The notes: generated by a model from the sequence alone, not told the origin. A stretch of 63,637 nt of DNA, filler included, from Octopus bimaculoides (GCF_001194135.2; 9 parts of 7 records of this genome joined end to end with filler, not necessarily neighbours in it), one strand, 5' to 3'; shown: positions 49,191-63,292, counted from the whole stretch's first letter. Program-made: numbers and translations.

Positions 49191-50067
49191 GTCATTATTT
49201 AACATCTGTTTTCCATGCTGGCATGGGTTGGACGGTTTGACAGGAGCTGGCCAGCTGAAGGGCTGTCCAGGCTCCATGTCTCTCGTGGCATGGTTTCTAC
49301 AACCGGACGCCCTTCCTAACACCAACCGCTTTACAAAGTGTACTGGCTGCTTTTACGCAGCACCAGCCTGGGTGCATGAATGCGACCCTGACAGGGGCAC
49401 ATTTTACATGGCACCAGCACCCACGAGTCTGCAAGATTAGGAATGCTCAGCTGTAGAGAGATGCCAACAACAGCCTGTATACAAGGGCAGCCATGTTTTT
49501 ACTTAACTAGACATGTCTTTTCAAGCACAGCAAACTGCCAGGAGTCTTGGTTCCTTGTCATCCCCTCTATGAGTCCCAATGTCTGTAGATCCTTTCTCAC
49601 CACTTTATCCCATGTCTTCCTGGGTCTACCCCTTCCATATGTTCCCTCTACAATTAGAGATTGGCACCTCTTGATGCAACTGTCTTCATTCATATGCATT
49701 ACATGGCCAGACCAGTTCAGTCTTCTCTCCAGCTGGTATGGCCACACACACACACACACACACACACCCATTACACTCTTGGAGTGGTTGGCCATGTTAA
49801 GAAGGGCATCCAGTCATAGAAAACCATGCCTAATCAGACTGGAGTCTGGTGCAGCCTTCCAGCATAACAATCCAGCCCAACTGTCCAACCCATGCCAGCA
49901 TGGACAACGGATGTTAAATGATGATGATGATGATGCCTGTATATATATCAACAAGCAATTTAGCTAATTAGAAAATCTCTATACGAGATGAAAGTAGCAA
50001 CTATTACTGAAGTATGATGTTTATTGCCATTTCAACATGGCTGCTCTGTAGGAACTGACATTATTAC

Positions 50068-50168
50068 CCTTTTAAGCCCAGAAGGACACCTCCTCCAGCT
50101 GGAATATATATCGGGTGCACCTTGCATCGATAACCAGCTGGAGGTGTCCTCTTGGGGGTTAAAAAAGG
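50068..50168. repeat. Hairpin of about 100 bp / possible tiny MITE
   Basis: Imperfect arms of about 35 bp (CCTTTTAAGCCCAGAAGGACACCTC..CCAGCTGG versus CCAGCTGGAGGTGTCCTCTTGGGGGTTAAAAAAGG). No clear TSD. Confidence 0.45.
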
Positions 50169-50221
50169 CAGTTATGTCAGTTCCTACTGAACAGCCATGT
50201 TGAAATAGCAATAAACATTAC

Positions 50222-50267
<46 letters not shown>

Positions 50268-50695
50268 AATGGTAACAAGAAGAAGAAGAAGAAGAAGAAG
50301 AAGAAGAAGAAGAAGAAGAAGAAGAAGGAGAAGGAGATTGAGACACTCCCTAACACCAATACTCCCCACCTCCGTCTACGGAATACCAATTCCACTGCTT
50401 TTAATAAGTCTTTCGTCAAAGCTATAAAACAGATCAGATTCTGGGTGCAACTGGAGTCGGCGGTTGATGCACACACATTCCTCCCTCCCATGTATGTATA
50501 TATATGTGTGTACATATGGGTGTGTGTGTGTAGTGATTGCAGTTTTTGACAATTCATCAGCATCTGTTTATGATGTTTCAACAGTCTCCTTACATATTTG
50601 TAACATACTCCAATAGATGCACACACTGGCACAGCACTCTTAAATAGATGCTGATATCATAAAACATATACACTCTCTGTCTATCTATCTATCTA

Positions 50696-50733
<38 letters not shown>

Positions 50734-50772
50734 AGTCTGTCTGTCTATCTATCTATCTATCATTCTACCTAC

Positions 50773-50815
<43 letters not shown>

Positions 50816-50924
50816 CCTACCTGTGTGTCTATATCTCTTTCTAACTATCTATTTATTTAGTCACTTGACTCTCTATCTGCTTGTCAATCCATTAAGTTAT
50901 CTTTCCATATAGAAACACAACACG

Positions 50925-50968
<44 letters not shown>

Positions 50969-51036
50969 TATCTATATGTATGTATGTATCTATGTATGTA
51001 TGCTTGTTTGTGTGTATATATATACTTGTATATCAA

Positions 51037-51240
51037 TACAGGGTGTGGTGAATAAATTGTCATCTAAATTACACAAAAATGAAAATAACACTGACATCGC
51101 ATTTTACCAAAATTACCTAAAAATATCTTGAAATACTAAAGAGTAAATTTATTCAATAAAATCGCCATTGGCTTCAACCACGGCCTCCACACGACTTCGG
51201 AATCTCCTGCAACTCTTCTGGATGGTCTCCTTGCTTAAGT
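51037..51240 (-). mobile_element. Tc1/mariner transposase 3' end with TIR
   Basis: LSKETIQKSCRRFRSRVEAVVEANGDFIE*, terminating at TA-CAGGGTG. Confidence 0.7.
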
Positions 51241-51573
51241 AAAAGTATAATTTCCAAAAGAATCATTTCCAGGCTTAAAAAAAAAAACAAAGTAAAAGAT
51301 AAAAAGATATATATCTTTTATTTTTTACTTGTTTCAGTCATTAGACTGTGGCCCTGCTGGGGCATCACCTTGATACCTTACCTTAAGGTATTTGATATAA
51401 CCAAGGTACATAGCAATGATATGTGATAGCAGCATATCGTATATCTCAATGGGTGACACCTGCAATGACACACAGACACGCAAACTGCCAGACAGACAGA
51501 CAGACAGACAGGCAAATAGGCAGGTAAGCTGAGAGACGATTAAGCACAGATAGCTGCAGTAAAGATGACATAC

Positions 51574-51696
51574 CTGTTCCGTAAGAAATAATGCATTTGA
51601 TCTCTTCCGGCACCGTTTGCTGATTTAGAATCCTTCGTGTCTGCAAAATGGATTTTCTTCCTCCGCCTGCTTTTCCTCGACCGTTTCCCTGGATGT
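51574..51696 (-). CDS. Candidate internal exon of the unidentified minus-strand gene
   Basis: ttatcttcacag|A...CAG|gtatgt, 123 nt. The phase 2-2 frame HPGKRSRKSRRRKKIHFADTKDSKSANGAGRDQMHYFLRN(R) joins in frame to 34748-34523. A second frame is also open. Confidence 0.5.
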
Positions 51697-52059
51697 CTGT
51701 GAAGATAAGATGAGACATGTAAGTTGGGTAGGGGTGTAATGATGAGACATCTTCAAAGAATTACAGGTTATCATACCACACACACACACACACACGTGTG
51801 CATGCGCTACCGTACATTAAATTGAACTTGCGTTGAAGGTGAACAGGGTTTGCTTTAGCAGTGTTGAGATGTATTGAAAGATGCACCGTATTCTGAGCAT
51901 TATCCTGCGTTCGAGGATGAAATTTTTTCCTTCTCTGTATCTTTCAATAAATCTCGATGTTTCTAAAGCAAACTTTGTTGACTTTCAATGTATGTTGAAT
52001 TTAACATACGATAGCGTCATATATATATATATATATAATAATATACGCAGGGAAAATCC

Positions 52060-52438
52060 TAGAAGGGCTAGTACCTAATTTTGCCAGAACTGGCAACCAT
52101 TGTATTGTACCAAGGGTATCATCCATTCCATCTAAGTTCAGGACTGGGTACTGCCGTAGTCTAGGGGTTCTTCAATGCCCTGCCACAAAAATTAAGAAAT
52201 TTGAATAAGGTGGAAATAGATGTCTTCAAAAAGGAACTAGACATCCTCCTTTCCACAATACCAGAGGAACCGACAGCCCGACCTGAGGTAGAGACAAGGG
52301 CCAGCAGAATCAAACTCCCTTATACACCAAATGTACCAACAGATGGGACAAAGGTACGTACAGGACTGAGGAAATCGGAAAGACCATGGTGGTGCTCCAG
52401 CATGACCACAGCCGCATGACTGAAACGAGTAAAAGAGT
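52060..52438 (+). mobile_element. CR1-like LINE 3' end (same family as 35990-38040)
   Basis: EGLVPNF...HCIVPR...RTGYCRSL..FNALPQKLRNLNKVEIDVFKKELDILLSTIPEEP, then GGTGCTCCAGCATGACCACAG...TGACTGAAACGAGTAAAAGAGTA tail. Confidence 0.8.
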
Positions 52439-53857
52439 ATATATCTACCTATATCTATCTGTTTAACTCTGTATCTGTCTGTCTGTCTGTCTGTCTGTCT
52501 ATATCTGTCCTCACATCAATTTATCTATATATCTACATTCTGTCTTACTTCACCACATAATTATCCCTAACAAGCTATTTAATACCCCCCACCTACCTTA
52601 AATATGTTAACAGGGGCCAACATAAAACTGATTAAATGTCAATATGGCTGCCACTTCACCACAAAACACTCTTTACAAATTAATGAACTCCGCTGAAGAT
52701 TTTAAATTGGCTGCTGATAAGAAAGCATTCTCCCCCCCTCCCCCCCCGTGTGTGTACGTGCGAATGTGTGTCTGTCTGTCCGTATATATGTATGTGTACA
52801 CTACCCTACTGTTTTAATTTANNNNNNNNNNNNNNNNNNNNNNNNNNNNNNNNNNNNNNNNNNNNNNNNNNNNNNNNNNNNNNNNNNNNNNNNNNNNNNN
52901 NNNNNNNNNNNNNNNNNNNNNNNNNNNNNNNNNNNNNNNNNNNNNNNNNNNNNNNNNNNNNNNNNNNNNNNNNNNNNNNNNNNNNNNNNNNNNNNNNNNN
53001 NNNNNNNNNNNNNNNNNNNNNNNNNNNNNNNNNNNNNNNNNNNNNNNNNNNNNNNNNNNNNNNNNNNNNNNNNNNNNNNNNNNNNNNNNNNNNNNNNNNN
53101 NNNNNNNNNNNNNNNNNNNNNNNNNNNNNNNNNNNNNNNNNNNNNNNNNNNNNNNNNNNNNNNNNNNNNNNNNNNNNNNNNNNNNNNNNNNNNNNNNNNN
53201 NNNNNNNNNNNNNNNNNNNNNNNNNNNNNNNNNNNNNNNNNNNNNNNNNNNNNNNNNNNNNNNNNNNNNNNNNNNNNNNNNNNNNNNNNNNNNNNNNNNN
53301 NNNNNNNNNNNNNNNNNNNNNNNTTGAAACCATTATTGTTATAATTAAGGCAGCGAGCTGGTAGAATCGTTAGCAGACCGGGCGAAATGCTTGGTAGTAT
53401 TTCGTCTGCCATTATGTTCTGAGTTCAAATTCCGCTGAGGTTGACTTTGCCTTTCATCCTTTCAGGGTCAATAAATTAAGTACCAGTGAAATACTGGGGT
53501 CGATGTAATCGATTGGTGCCGTCCCTCCTGCCAAATTTCAAGCCTTGTGCCTAGAGTAGGAAGGATTAGCATCATCATAATGGTGCTGCTGCTGATGATG
53601 GTAGTGGTGTTGATGATGAAGATGAAATTTTTCTGAGATATAGGGGAAAGATAAACTGGGGTCAAATCAGGTGTAAATAAGATCTAATCAGTTAGGGGCC
53701 ACTGAAAGATCCTTTCTCCAGCAATAGCAACAACAACAACAACATACTTAGTGCTGTCAAATTCGGTTTCTTAGTGGCAGGTTTAAATTCACTCTTCTAT
53801 CTATACAATCTCTCTCTCTCTCTCTCTTGCTCTCTGTTTCTCTCACAATCTATTTTA

Positions 53858-53889
<32 letters not shown>

Positions 53890-53938
53890 TACACTTTTTT
53901 TTTCTCTCTCTCTCTCTTTTTCACTATCTATTCATCAC

Positions 53939-53977
<39 letters not shown>

Positions 53978-55479
53978 GTCTATCAGTCTGTCTGTCTTGC
54001 TGTCTGTCTGTCTCTCTGCCTGCCTGCCTGTCTGTCTATTGGTCTCTCTACCTATGCCAGAGTGTCTACCTGCCTATGTGCTTGTGTATCCATCACTCAA
54101 TTTGTCTACTTATCTATCTATCCATCTCTCTGTCTCTTTATCCATTCCACTCCATCCATTTGTCTGTCAGTTCACCCATCCAGCCATCTGGTTGACTCTC
54201 TCTCCCTCTACCTACCTACCTGTCTGTCTGTCTGTGGGTGTGTGTGTGTGTGTGGAAACGAGAGAGAGAGAGAGAGAAACAGAAAGGAGCCTGACCATCA
54301 CCCTCCATCCCCTCACCTCATCAATACAGACAGGGGACACACAGATATGCCACAAATTTTACAATATTTATTAAATTAAACTGTTCCTAATCACTGGACC
54401 CCCTTTCCCACCACCACCACCACTATCACAACTGACCCCCNNNNNNNNNNNNNNNNNNNNNNNNNNNNNNNNNNNNNNNNNNNNNNNNNNNNNNNNNNNN
54501 NNNNNNNNNNNNNNNNNNNNNNNNNNNNNNNNNNNNNNNNNNNNNNNNNNNNNNNNNNNNNNNNNNNNNNNNNNNNNNNNNNNNNNNNNNNNNNNNNNNN
54601 NNNNNNNNNNNNNNNNNNNNNNNNNNNNNNNNNNNNNNNNNNNNNNNNNNNNNNNNNNNNNNNNNNNNNNNNNNNNNNNNNNNNNNNNNNNNNNNNNNNN
54701 NNNNNNNNNNNNNNNNNNNNNNNNNNNNNNNNNNNNNNNNNNNNNNNNNNNNNNNNNNNNNNNNNNNNNNNNNNNNNNNNNNNNNNNNNNNNNNNNNNNN
54801 NNNNNNNNNNNNNNNNNNNNNNNNNNNNNNNNNNNNNNNNNNNNNNNNNNNNNNNNNNNNNNNNNNNNNNNNNNNNNNNNNNNNNNNNNNNNNNNNNNNN
54901 NNNNNNNNNNNNNNNNNNNNNNNNNNNNNNNNNNNNNNNNNNNNNNNNNNNNNNNNNNNNNNNNNNNNNNNNNNNNNNNNNNNNNNNNNNNNNNNNNNNN
55001 NNNNNNNNNNNNNNNNNNNNNNNNNNNNNNNNNNNNNNNNNNNNNNNNNNNNNNNNNNNNNNNNNNNNNNNNNNNNNNNNNNNNNNNNNNNNNNNNNNNN
55101 NNNNNNNNCCCATTTGGCACCCAACAGTCATTATCAAAGTGTTGTTGTTGTTGTTGTCGTTTTAGCCCTGGGTCAGTCCTGGATCCAGACAGACTTATGA
55201 TCAAAGACGTCCCCTTTGTAAATCACCTCTCAGTCTTTTATTTAGACATAAGTCTATCTAGGACTACATTATACAATGTGTCTGTCCTTGTTGTTTAGCC
55301 CCAGGTCAGTCCTGGTCCAGCAGGCCTCGTATGATTAGAGATGTCCTATCCACATACATCCCATAGTATATTCAGGCATAGTGTATCTAGGACTACATTA
55401 TCTAATGTGAATTCCCTTCTTGTTGTTGTTTAACTCCAAGTCAGTCCTGATTTGGCAAACCTAACATATTTCATCGATA

Positions 55480-55520
<41 letters not shown>

Positions 55521-55947
55521 GCTTCACCAGTTTCTGTCTATGAAACCCACTTAAAAGGCTTTGGTGGGCTCAGGGCTGTAGTGGAAGATACTTGGCCCAA
55601 AGTGCCGTGAAGTGGGATGGAGCGCAGAACCACATGGCTGGGAAACAAGCCTCTTGCAACACCTGAGTCTAAGTGTCATATAGATTCATAAATTTTTTTG
55701 TTGCTTTTTTTTTTGTTTATTGGTGCAGTGGATATCGAAGTACATAATGCTATAAAACCATAGAATATAAACTTTAGATAAAAGATACTTTGGATGTAAA
55801 AAGAAGAAGGCTGATCATAGGACTTGAAACCTCATCCTTTCTTACACNNNNNNNNNNNNNNNNNNNNNNNNNNNNNNNNNNNNNNNNNNNNTTAATTAAT
55901 TAANNNNNNNNNNNNNNNNNNNNNNNNNNNNNNNNNNNNNNNNNNNN

Positions 55948-55986
<39 letters not shown>

Positions 55987-56762
55987 TTGGAGCCTGGTGT
56001 TGCCATCCGGTTTCACCAGTCCTCAGTCAAATCTTCCAACCCATGCTAGCATGGAAAGCGGACGTTAAACGATGATGATGATGATGATGATGATGATATA
56101 TATATATATATACTCTTTTACTCTTTTATTTGTTTCAGTCCTTTGATACTTATTTATTTATTTATTTATGTGTTTCAGCCAAGTGGCTGCGGTCATATAT
56201 ATACTTACATATACATATATATATATATACATATAAACTAGTGTACATTTAAACACAAGAAAAAACTACCTTCAACAGGCAGTTTTTACACCCTAGAAGC
56301 TGTCACAACGACCAAAACCACATTTAAGAGCAATCTTCAAAAAGGAATGAAAAATAAAAACTTTTACATTCTTGTTTTATTCTCTTGTGTTTCAATGTTA
56401 CTCTAATTTTACATGGAGAATATGTTGTCTATTGACTCTTTATACATGCTAGGACACTGGTAGTGGAATGTCTAAAGAAAACTCACCACCCTATATTTTA
56501 TACATACATGTGTGTGTGTGTGTGGGTGTGTGTGTGAGTGTGTGTACACACACATGCACAGGTGTGGCTTTGTGGTAAATAGCTTGCTACCCAACCACAT
56601 GGTTCCGAGTTCAATCCCACTGCGTGGCACCTTCGGCAAGTCTCAGGCCAAGCAAAGCCTTGTGGGTGGATTTGGTAGACAGGAAACTGAAAGAAGCCCA
56701 TCATATATATATATATATATATATTTATGTGTGTATGTCTTTGTGTTCCTGTAACTTAGTGG

Positions 56763-56808
<46 letters not shown>

Positions 56809-57102
56809 TATATATACACACACATATATACATATATATACACACACACAAAAATATGTATATGTATGGGTATACCCACATGTCCATATTTATGTGCTCA
56901 TAAGGCAATAAGCAACTAATACATGGTAGCTAGAAATAGCAGCCAAATCTTCCTCAAATTACATTCTACTGTCTTATCTATGTATATATGTACATATGAT
57001 ATAAAGAAGGAAACCTCTTCATTGTAGCCTGACATGTTAGAAACAGCAGCTAAACCTCACTCAGATCATAGCCTTCTGTCTTATGTATTTATATATATAA
57101 TA

Positions 57103-57510
57103 GGCGCAGGAGTGGCTGTGTGGTAAGTAGCTTGCTTACTGACCACATGGTTCCGGGTTCATTCCCACTATGTGGCACCTTGGGCAAGTGTCTTCTACTA
57201 TAGCCTCGGGCCGACCAAAGCCTTGTGAGTGGATTTGGTAGACGGAAACTAAAAGAAGCCCGTCGTATATATGTATATGTATTTGTGTGTATGCGTGTGT
57301 ATATGTTTGTGTGTTTGTGTTTGTCCCACCAACATCGCTTGACAACCGATACTGGTGTGTTTACGTTCCCGTAACATAGTGGTTCGGCAAAAGAGATCGA
57401 TAGAATAAGTACTAGGCTTAAAAAGAATAAGTTCTGGGGTCAATTTGCTCGACTAAAAGGTGGTGCTCCAGCATGGCTACAATCAAATGACTGAAACAAG
57501 TAAAAGAGTA
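57103..57510 (+). mobile_element. Full-length tRNA-derived SINE with CORE-like motif and CR1-type tail; many other copies (about 4738, 5690, 13745, 17305, 21290, 22718, 26290, 27975, 29030, 41665, 41930, 43180, 46733, 47453, 47740, 55520, 56555)
   Basis: Head GGAGTGGCTGTGTGGTAAG...GGTTCAGTCCC (box A/B-like), ACCTTGGGCAAGT, internal microsatellite, tail GGTGCTCCAGCATGG...TGACTGAAACAAGTAAAAGAGTA. Confidence 0.85.
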
Positions 57511-58839
57511 TGTATGAGCCAACAACGGAGGCCTCTATATGATAGCAAGACCTGCTAAAAACAACAGCTAAATCTCCCTCAAATCGCACTCTACTGCCTT
57601 ATGTTCTTCACTGGCTCATATATGAACATACACATACACATATGCATATATGTGTGTATATATGACCCAATGAGGGACACCTCTACGTGGTTCTAGACCT
57701 GTTAGAAATAGCAGCTAAGTCTACCTCAAATTACACCCTGCCACCTGAAGAAGCTAAGGTCACATTGGATAATGCAGTCATAGACGCAGTACCTCACCCC
57801 ACCCAGCTCCAAACCTAAACAATAACAACAACAACCAATATACCACTCCCCAGCTACCACCACCACCACCACCATAACCATAACCATAACCATTGCATCC
57901 CCTCCACCGGCGCCAACTCTGCAAATATTTCATTCTATTGCAGAATTGGTTTGTTATCTTGTTTGTTATCTGATGTGGTGTTGTTGGTGGTCGTGGTGGT
58001 GGTTGTGATGGTGGTACGGAGATGGTGGTTGTCGATCGTAGTGGTAGTGGTGGTGGTGGTGGTGGTGGTGGTGGATTTGGTGGTGGAAGCAGTGTTAATG
58101 TTTGTTGGTGTTGTTGTGGTGGTATATTTGCAAATTAATATTCACAAATATAGAATGCTTACACATCAGATCACCGGAACATCATGCTTACATCCATGAT
58201 TTATAAACACACACACACATATATGCGTATATATATATATATATATATGCATATATATATATATATGCATATATATATATATATGCATATATATATATAT
58301 ATNNNNNNNNNNNNNNNNNNNNNNNNNNNNNNNNNNNNNNNNNNNNNNNNNNNNNNNNNNNNNNNNNNNNNNNNNNNNNNNNNNNNNNNNNNNNNNNNNN
58401 NNNNNNNNNNNNNNNNNNNNNNNNNNNNNNNNNNNNNNNNNNNNNNNNNNNNNNNNNNNNNNNNNNNNNNNNNNNNNNNNNNNNNNNNNNNNNNNNNNNN
58501 NNNNNNNNNNNNNNNNNNNNNNNNNNNNNNNNNNNNNNNNNNNNNNNNNNNNNNNNNNNNNNNNNNNNNNNNNNNNNNNNNNNNNNNNNNNNNNNNNNNN
58601 NNNNNNNNNNNNNNNNNNNNNNNNNNNNNNNNNNNNNNNNNNNNNNNNNNNNNNNNNNNNNNNNNNNNNNNNNNNNNNNNNNNNNNNNNNNNNNNNNNNN
58701 NNNNNNNNNNNNNNNNNNNNNNNNNNNNNNNNNNNNNNNNNNNNNNNNNNNNNNNNNNNNNNNNNNNNNNNNNNNNNNNNNNNNNNNNNNNNNNNNNNNN
58801 NNNNNNNNNNNNNNNNNNNNNNNNNNNNNNNNNNNNNNN

Positions 58840-58896
<57 letters not shown>

Positions 58897-59979
58897 ATGC
58901 ATATTTATGAAACCGGCCAACCCATGCCAGCATGGAAGATGAATATTAAACGATGATGATTGATGATGATGACGATGAGAATGATGATTGCTTCTTCTTG
59001 TCAAACGATAGCCCTACACACAATCAACCTGGTTGCCTTGATTTACTTTCATCCCGTCATGTGCAGGACGCAGTGGTAACTTTTCATTCGCCATGCATCC
59101 ATCGCCATTTGACTTGATAAAAATACAAAACAGAACAGACCAGGAAATGAAATGATAGCAAGATATCTGTGTGTCACTGGATTTTCCCCTTTCAATACCA
59201 ACCCAGCCTCTGGTTCTGTAGTACAAATGTCTTGTTTTCACAAGTTTTGAATTAAAATCTTCCACCAAACCTTAGCCACAATTTATGTTCCTAACTCTAG
59301 CTTAATGATAACCAAGTTATTTTACTAAATTCTTTGTTATATTCAAAATTAATTGAAAGAAACACAGTGCATCTCAACAGAAATATGGTTACAAAAGGGT
59401 TAACGAAGAAAAATAATCAGCGGAAGACATGAGAGAGTGAGACCTCGATGTGATCACTCTATATGCTAGAAATAACAGCTTAAATTTTCTTCAATCCACA
59501 CCCTTCCAACTGCTTCTAATGTCCATCTGCTCAAATGTAGAGGTGTTTTTAACCCTTTTGATACCAACCCGGCTGAAACCACCTCTGGCTCTGTAGTACA
59601 AATGTCTTGTTTTCCTAAGTTTTGAATCAAAATCTTCCTCCAAACCTTAGTCACAATTTATGTTCCTAACACTAGCTTAATGATAACGAAGTTATTTTAT
59701 CGATCCCAGCATTTAGTTTTTTTTTTTTTTAAAGCTAGGTGGTACTTCTTCCGTCGGTCTATTTTGCCAAACTGCTAAGTTATGGGGATGTAAACATACC
59801 GGAATTAGNNNNNNNNNNNNNNNNNNNNNNNNNNNNNNNNNNNNNNNNNNNNTTAATTAATTAANNNNNNNNNNNNNNNNNNNNNNNNNNNNNNNNNNNN
59901 NNNNNNNNTATAGCCTTTTCCGAAAGTATTAGCCCACCCTAAAGGAGGGTGAGCCAGATACTAAAACTAATGGGCTGTG

Positions 59980-60202
59980 ACTGGTCACTATTTTGCCAGT
60001 GACAATGACGTCATAGACGCTGTAGGAAGTTTCTTGGAGTCCCAAAAAAAAGAGTTGTTCTACGCCCGGATAATGGTGCTTTAGCACTGCTGGAGAAAGT
60101 GTTCAGCCATAGAGGGGGACTATGTTGAAAAATAAATCATCAGAAGTCTTGTACCACGTTTTGTTTTTTTTGAGGCTCAAGACTTTTCAGACACCCCTCG
60201 TA
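59980..60202 (+). mobile_element. mariner 3' end fragment
   Basis: FASDNDVIDAVGSFLESQ...WRKCSAIEGDYVEK* followed by TIR ...ACACCCCTCG-TA. Confidence 0.75.
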
Positions 60203-61029
60203 ATTTCCAGGAGATGCCATTTTTGCTCCAAGGAATCCCTGTCTATTCTGTGGAATAACAAGAAGATAACGGAATTTCTGAACTACTCTCAAGATGCCTA
60301 CATGCATGTAAATGTACTTTCGCACAATGCAGTGAGAACGAATATTGAATAATAGTTATCTTAATTTAATTTAAGGTATGGATGACTTAAGTTTACTTTT
60401 AACCTGCCCATTCCTATAAACACCAAGTAGATAACTCTCTCTGTTATCATGAGTGCACCAAACCTCACGTGTGCGGATGCTCATATTTATGTGGAAGCTA
60501 GTATGAGCGACTGTACTCACACCATGCAGCTTACCCGAGGGTGTTTATACATTCATATCTCTTAACGGTTATTTTAAATACTTTTCTCAATGAATTGCAT
60601 GTTCGTTTCCCTTTTTGCCATCTGTGATTTTATTTTTCATCTCCTATATAAATGAATATATTTCCTCCATCTGGTTGCTTTTCTCTCTACAAAACAGGAA
60701 GTTACATTGTGGAACAGTTAATTTAACAAGTTGCATTTATTTATCACCCAACAAGATACATCTGCATCACCGGATGCACCTAAACCAGTTGTTGAGTGTC
60801 CCACCCATGAGGAATCAAGACTAGATGTATTGAAACAATTGTCATGCTTAATAATAAATTCTCATGTATTTCATCTTCCGTCTATCATTTGCCATATACT
60901 AAACGATCACTGTGAAAGTGACTGTGCTTTACCATTAAGATTAAGATACCAGGTGTAAATCATTATATATATATATATATATACATACATACGAACCATA
61001 TATATATATATATATATATATAAATGAGA

Positions 61030-61311
61030 ATGTGTGTCTGTCTGTCTGTCTGTGTGAATCCCTAAAACTCGAGAACTACGCAACCAATTTCATTCAAATT
61101 TTACACATGCCTTCCTTAGGGTTCCAGTTGTGTTTTAGTCAAAAAATTTTTTTAACTTCTTGCAGAGTTCAAGCACACGGCAACATAATATCTCCTCCAC
61201 TATTTAAGTATTACGTGTCAAAAGTGAAACAAAAACACTCATGTCAAATACTTTCACTTTAAAAATGAAACTATTCCACTAACTGAAACAATCACATTTC
61301 GATACTGTAGT
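61030..61311 (+). mobile_element. Possible Helitron/DINE-like non-autonomous element fragment
   Basis: (GTCT)n followed by AAAACTCGAGAACTACGCAACCAATTTCATTCAAATTT, an arrangement resembling DINE/Lep1-type elements. Truncated by a spacer gap. Confidence 0.35.
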
Positions 61312-61965
61312 NNNNNNNNNNNNNNNNNNNNNNNNNNNNNNNNNNNNNNNNNNNNTTAATTAATTAANNNNNNNNNNNNNNNNNNNNNNNNNNNNNNNNN
61401 NNNNNNNNNNNGGCTCTCGTGCCGGTGGCACTTAAAAGCACCCACTACACTCTCAGAGTGGTTGGCCTTAGGAAGAGCATCCAGCTGTAGAAACTCTGCC
61501 AAATCAGATTTAACGTCCGCTTTCCATGCTAGCATGGGTTGGATGATTTGACTGAGGACTGGCAAGCCAGAAGGCTGCACCAGGCTCCAATCTGATCTGG
61601 CAGAGTTTCTACAGCTGGATGCCCTTCCTAACACCAACCACTCCGAGAGTGTAGTGAGTGCTTTTACATGCCACCCGCATGAGGGCCAGTCAGGCGGTAC
61701 TGCTAACAGCCATGCTCAAATGGTGTTTTCCATGTATCACCAGCACAAGTGCCAGTAAGGCGACGCTGGTAACGATCATGCTCAAATGGTACTTTTTACA
61801 TGCCACCAGCAGCCCTGGCCACAATCACACTCGGATGGTGCTCTTAGCGCTCCATTAGCACGGATGCCAGTCATGTGGTGGTGACATCGAATTTGATTCC
61901 GATTTCACTTGCCTCAACAAGTCTCCATAAGCATAGTTCAGTGTCCAATGAAAGAAAGAAAGAAT

Positions 61966-62013
<48 letters not shown>

Positions 62014-62742
62014 TTCATTGCCAGAGCAGCTGTCTGGCTTCCATGCTAGTGGCCTGTGAATAGCATCATTGGAGCGTAATTGTTACCAGCGTTGCCATCT
62101 AGCACTTGTGCTGGTGGCACGTTAGAAAGTCATTCGAGCGAGGTCGTTGCCAGTGCCGCTGGACTAGCTCCCGTACAGGTGGCACGTAAAATACACCATT
62201 TTGAGCATGGCCATTGCCAGTACCTCCTGACTGGCCTTCGTGCCGGTGGCATGTAAAAGCACCCACTACACTCTCGGAGTGGTTGGCGTTAGGAAGGGCA
62301 TCCAGCTGTAGAAACTCTGCCAAATCAGATTGGAGCCTGGTGTAGCCTTCTGGTTCACCAGTCCTCAGTCAAATCGTCCAATCCATGCTAGCATGGAAAG
62401 CGGACGTTAAATGATGATGATGAAGTTTCTCTTGAAATATGCCTGTTTTTGCTTCAGTTTATTTTGAAAACAATGAAGAATTTAGTAAAATAACTTTGTC
62501 GTCATAAAGCTGATGTTTGGAACATAAATTAACGTGAAATTTTGATGGAAGGTCTTAATTTAACATATCATTAAAACAGGAAGCTCATATCATAAAAGAA
62601 TTAAGGGTTGTTTCGTGCAAGTTGGTATCAAAAATGTTAAACCAGAAATGAGTTGAACCATGCTGGTGATGTCAGGGGATGGGAGTGGGTGTGATGATGA
62701 TGATGGCAGTCGCAAAGGTGGTGAATGTGGCGGTGGTGGTGG

Positions 62743-62780
<38 letters not shown>

Positions 62781-63261
62781 ATGATGATGATCTTTTGTTA
62801 TTTTTTAAGACAATAGTTTGTGGTCTGAGAGAGAATAAGCTGCTTTTTCTAGTAGATTGAATGACCTCATGGAAGTTGTGTTTCCAATTAATTTCTTTCA
62901 ATATCAAAATTCTTTCTATGAGCATATGAAAGATTTCAGTTAGTTAGCATCTAAATTGAGAAAATTTATTGAAAAGAAGAAAAATTAATTTCGAAATGAG
63001 AAAAATCATTAAATATTTCTAATTTCTCTACTTTATTTAAAATTTAAATTTACATTTGTATTTCCTGTTGCACAGATAAATTTACACCCCACCACACACA
63101 CACATACAGACATACACAGACACACAATGCACACATGCATACATACATACATACATACATACATACATACATACATACATGCATACATACATGCATACAT
63201 ACATACATACATGCATACAAACAAACATACATACACCAATACACATTCACCCTGTCAGGGT

Positions 63262-63292
<31 letters not shown>

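Noticed and set aside
57103-57180. tRNA-like heads of SINEs as tRNA genes
   Set aside because: They do not form a complete cloverleaf and are fused to SINE bodies in many diverged copies.
25128-58942. Long ORFs (200-450 aa) in the supplied track
   Set aside because: They are runs of X across N gaps plus microsatellite translations (YIYI, CVCV, HTHT, ERER).
60529-60688. Minus-strand segment with a good acceptor and donor
   Set aside because: All three frames contain stops. It could be a UTR exon but is unsupported.
60731-60958. 75-aa plus-strand ORF
   Set aside because: No convincing splice sites, partner exons or family resemblance.
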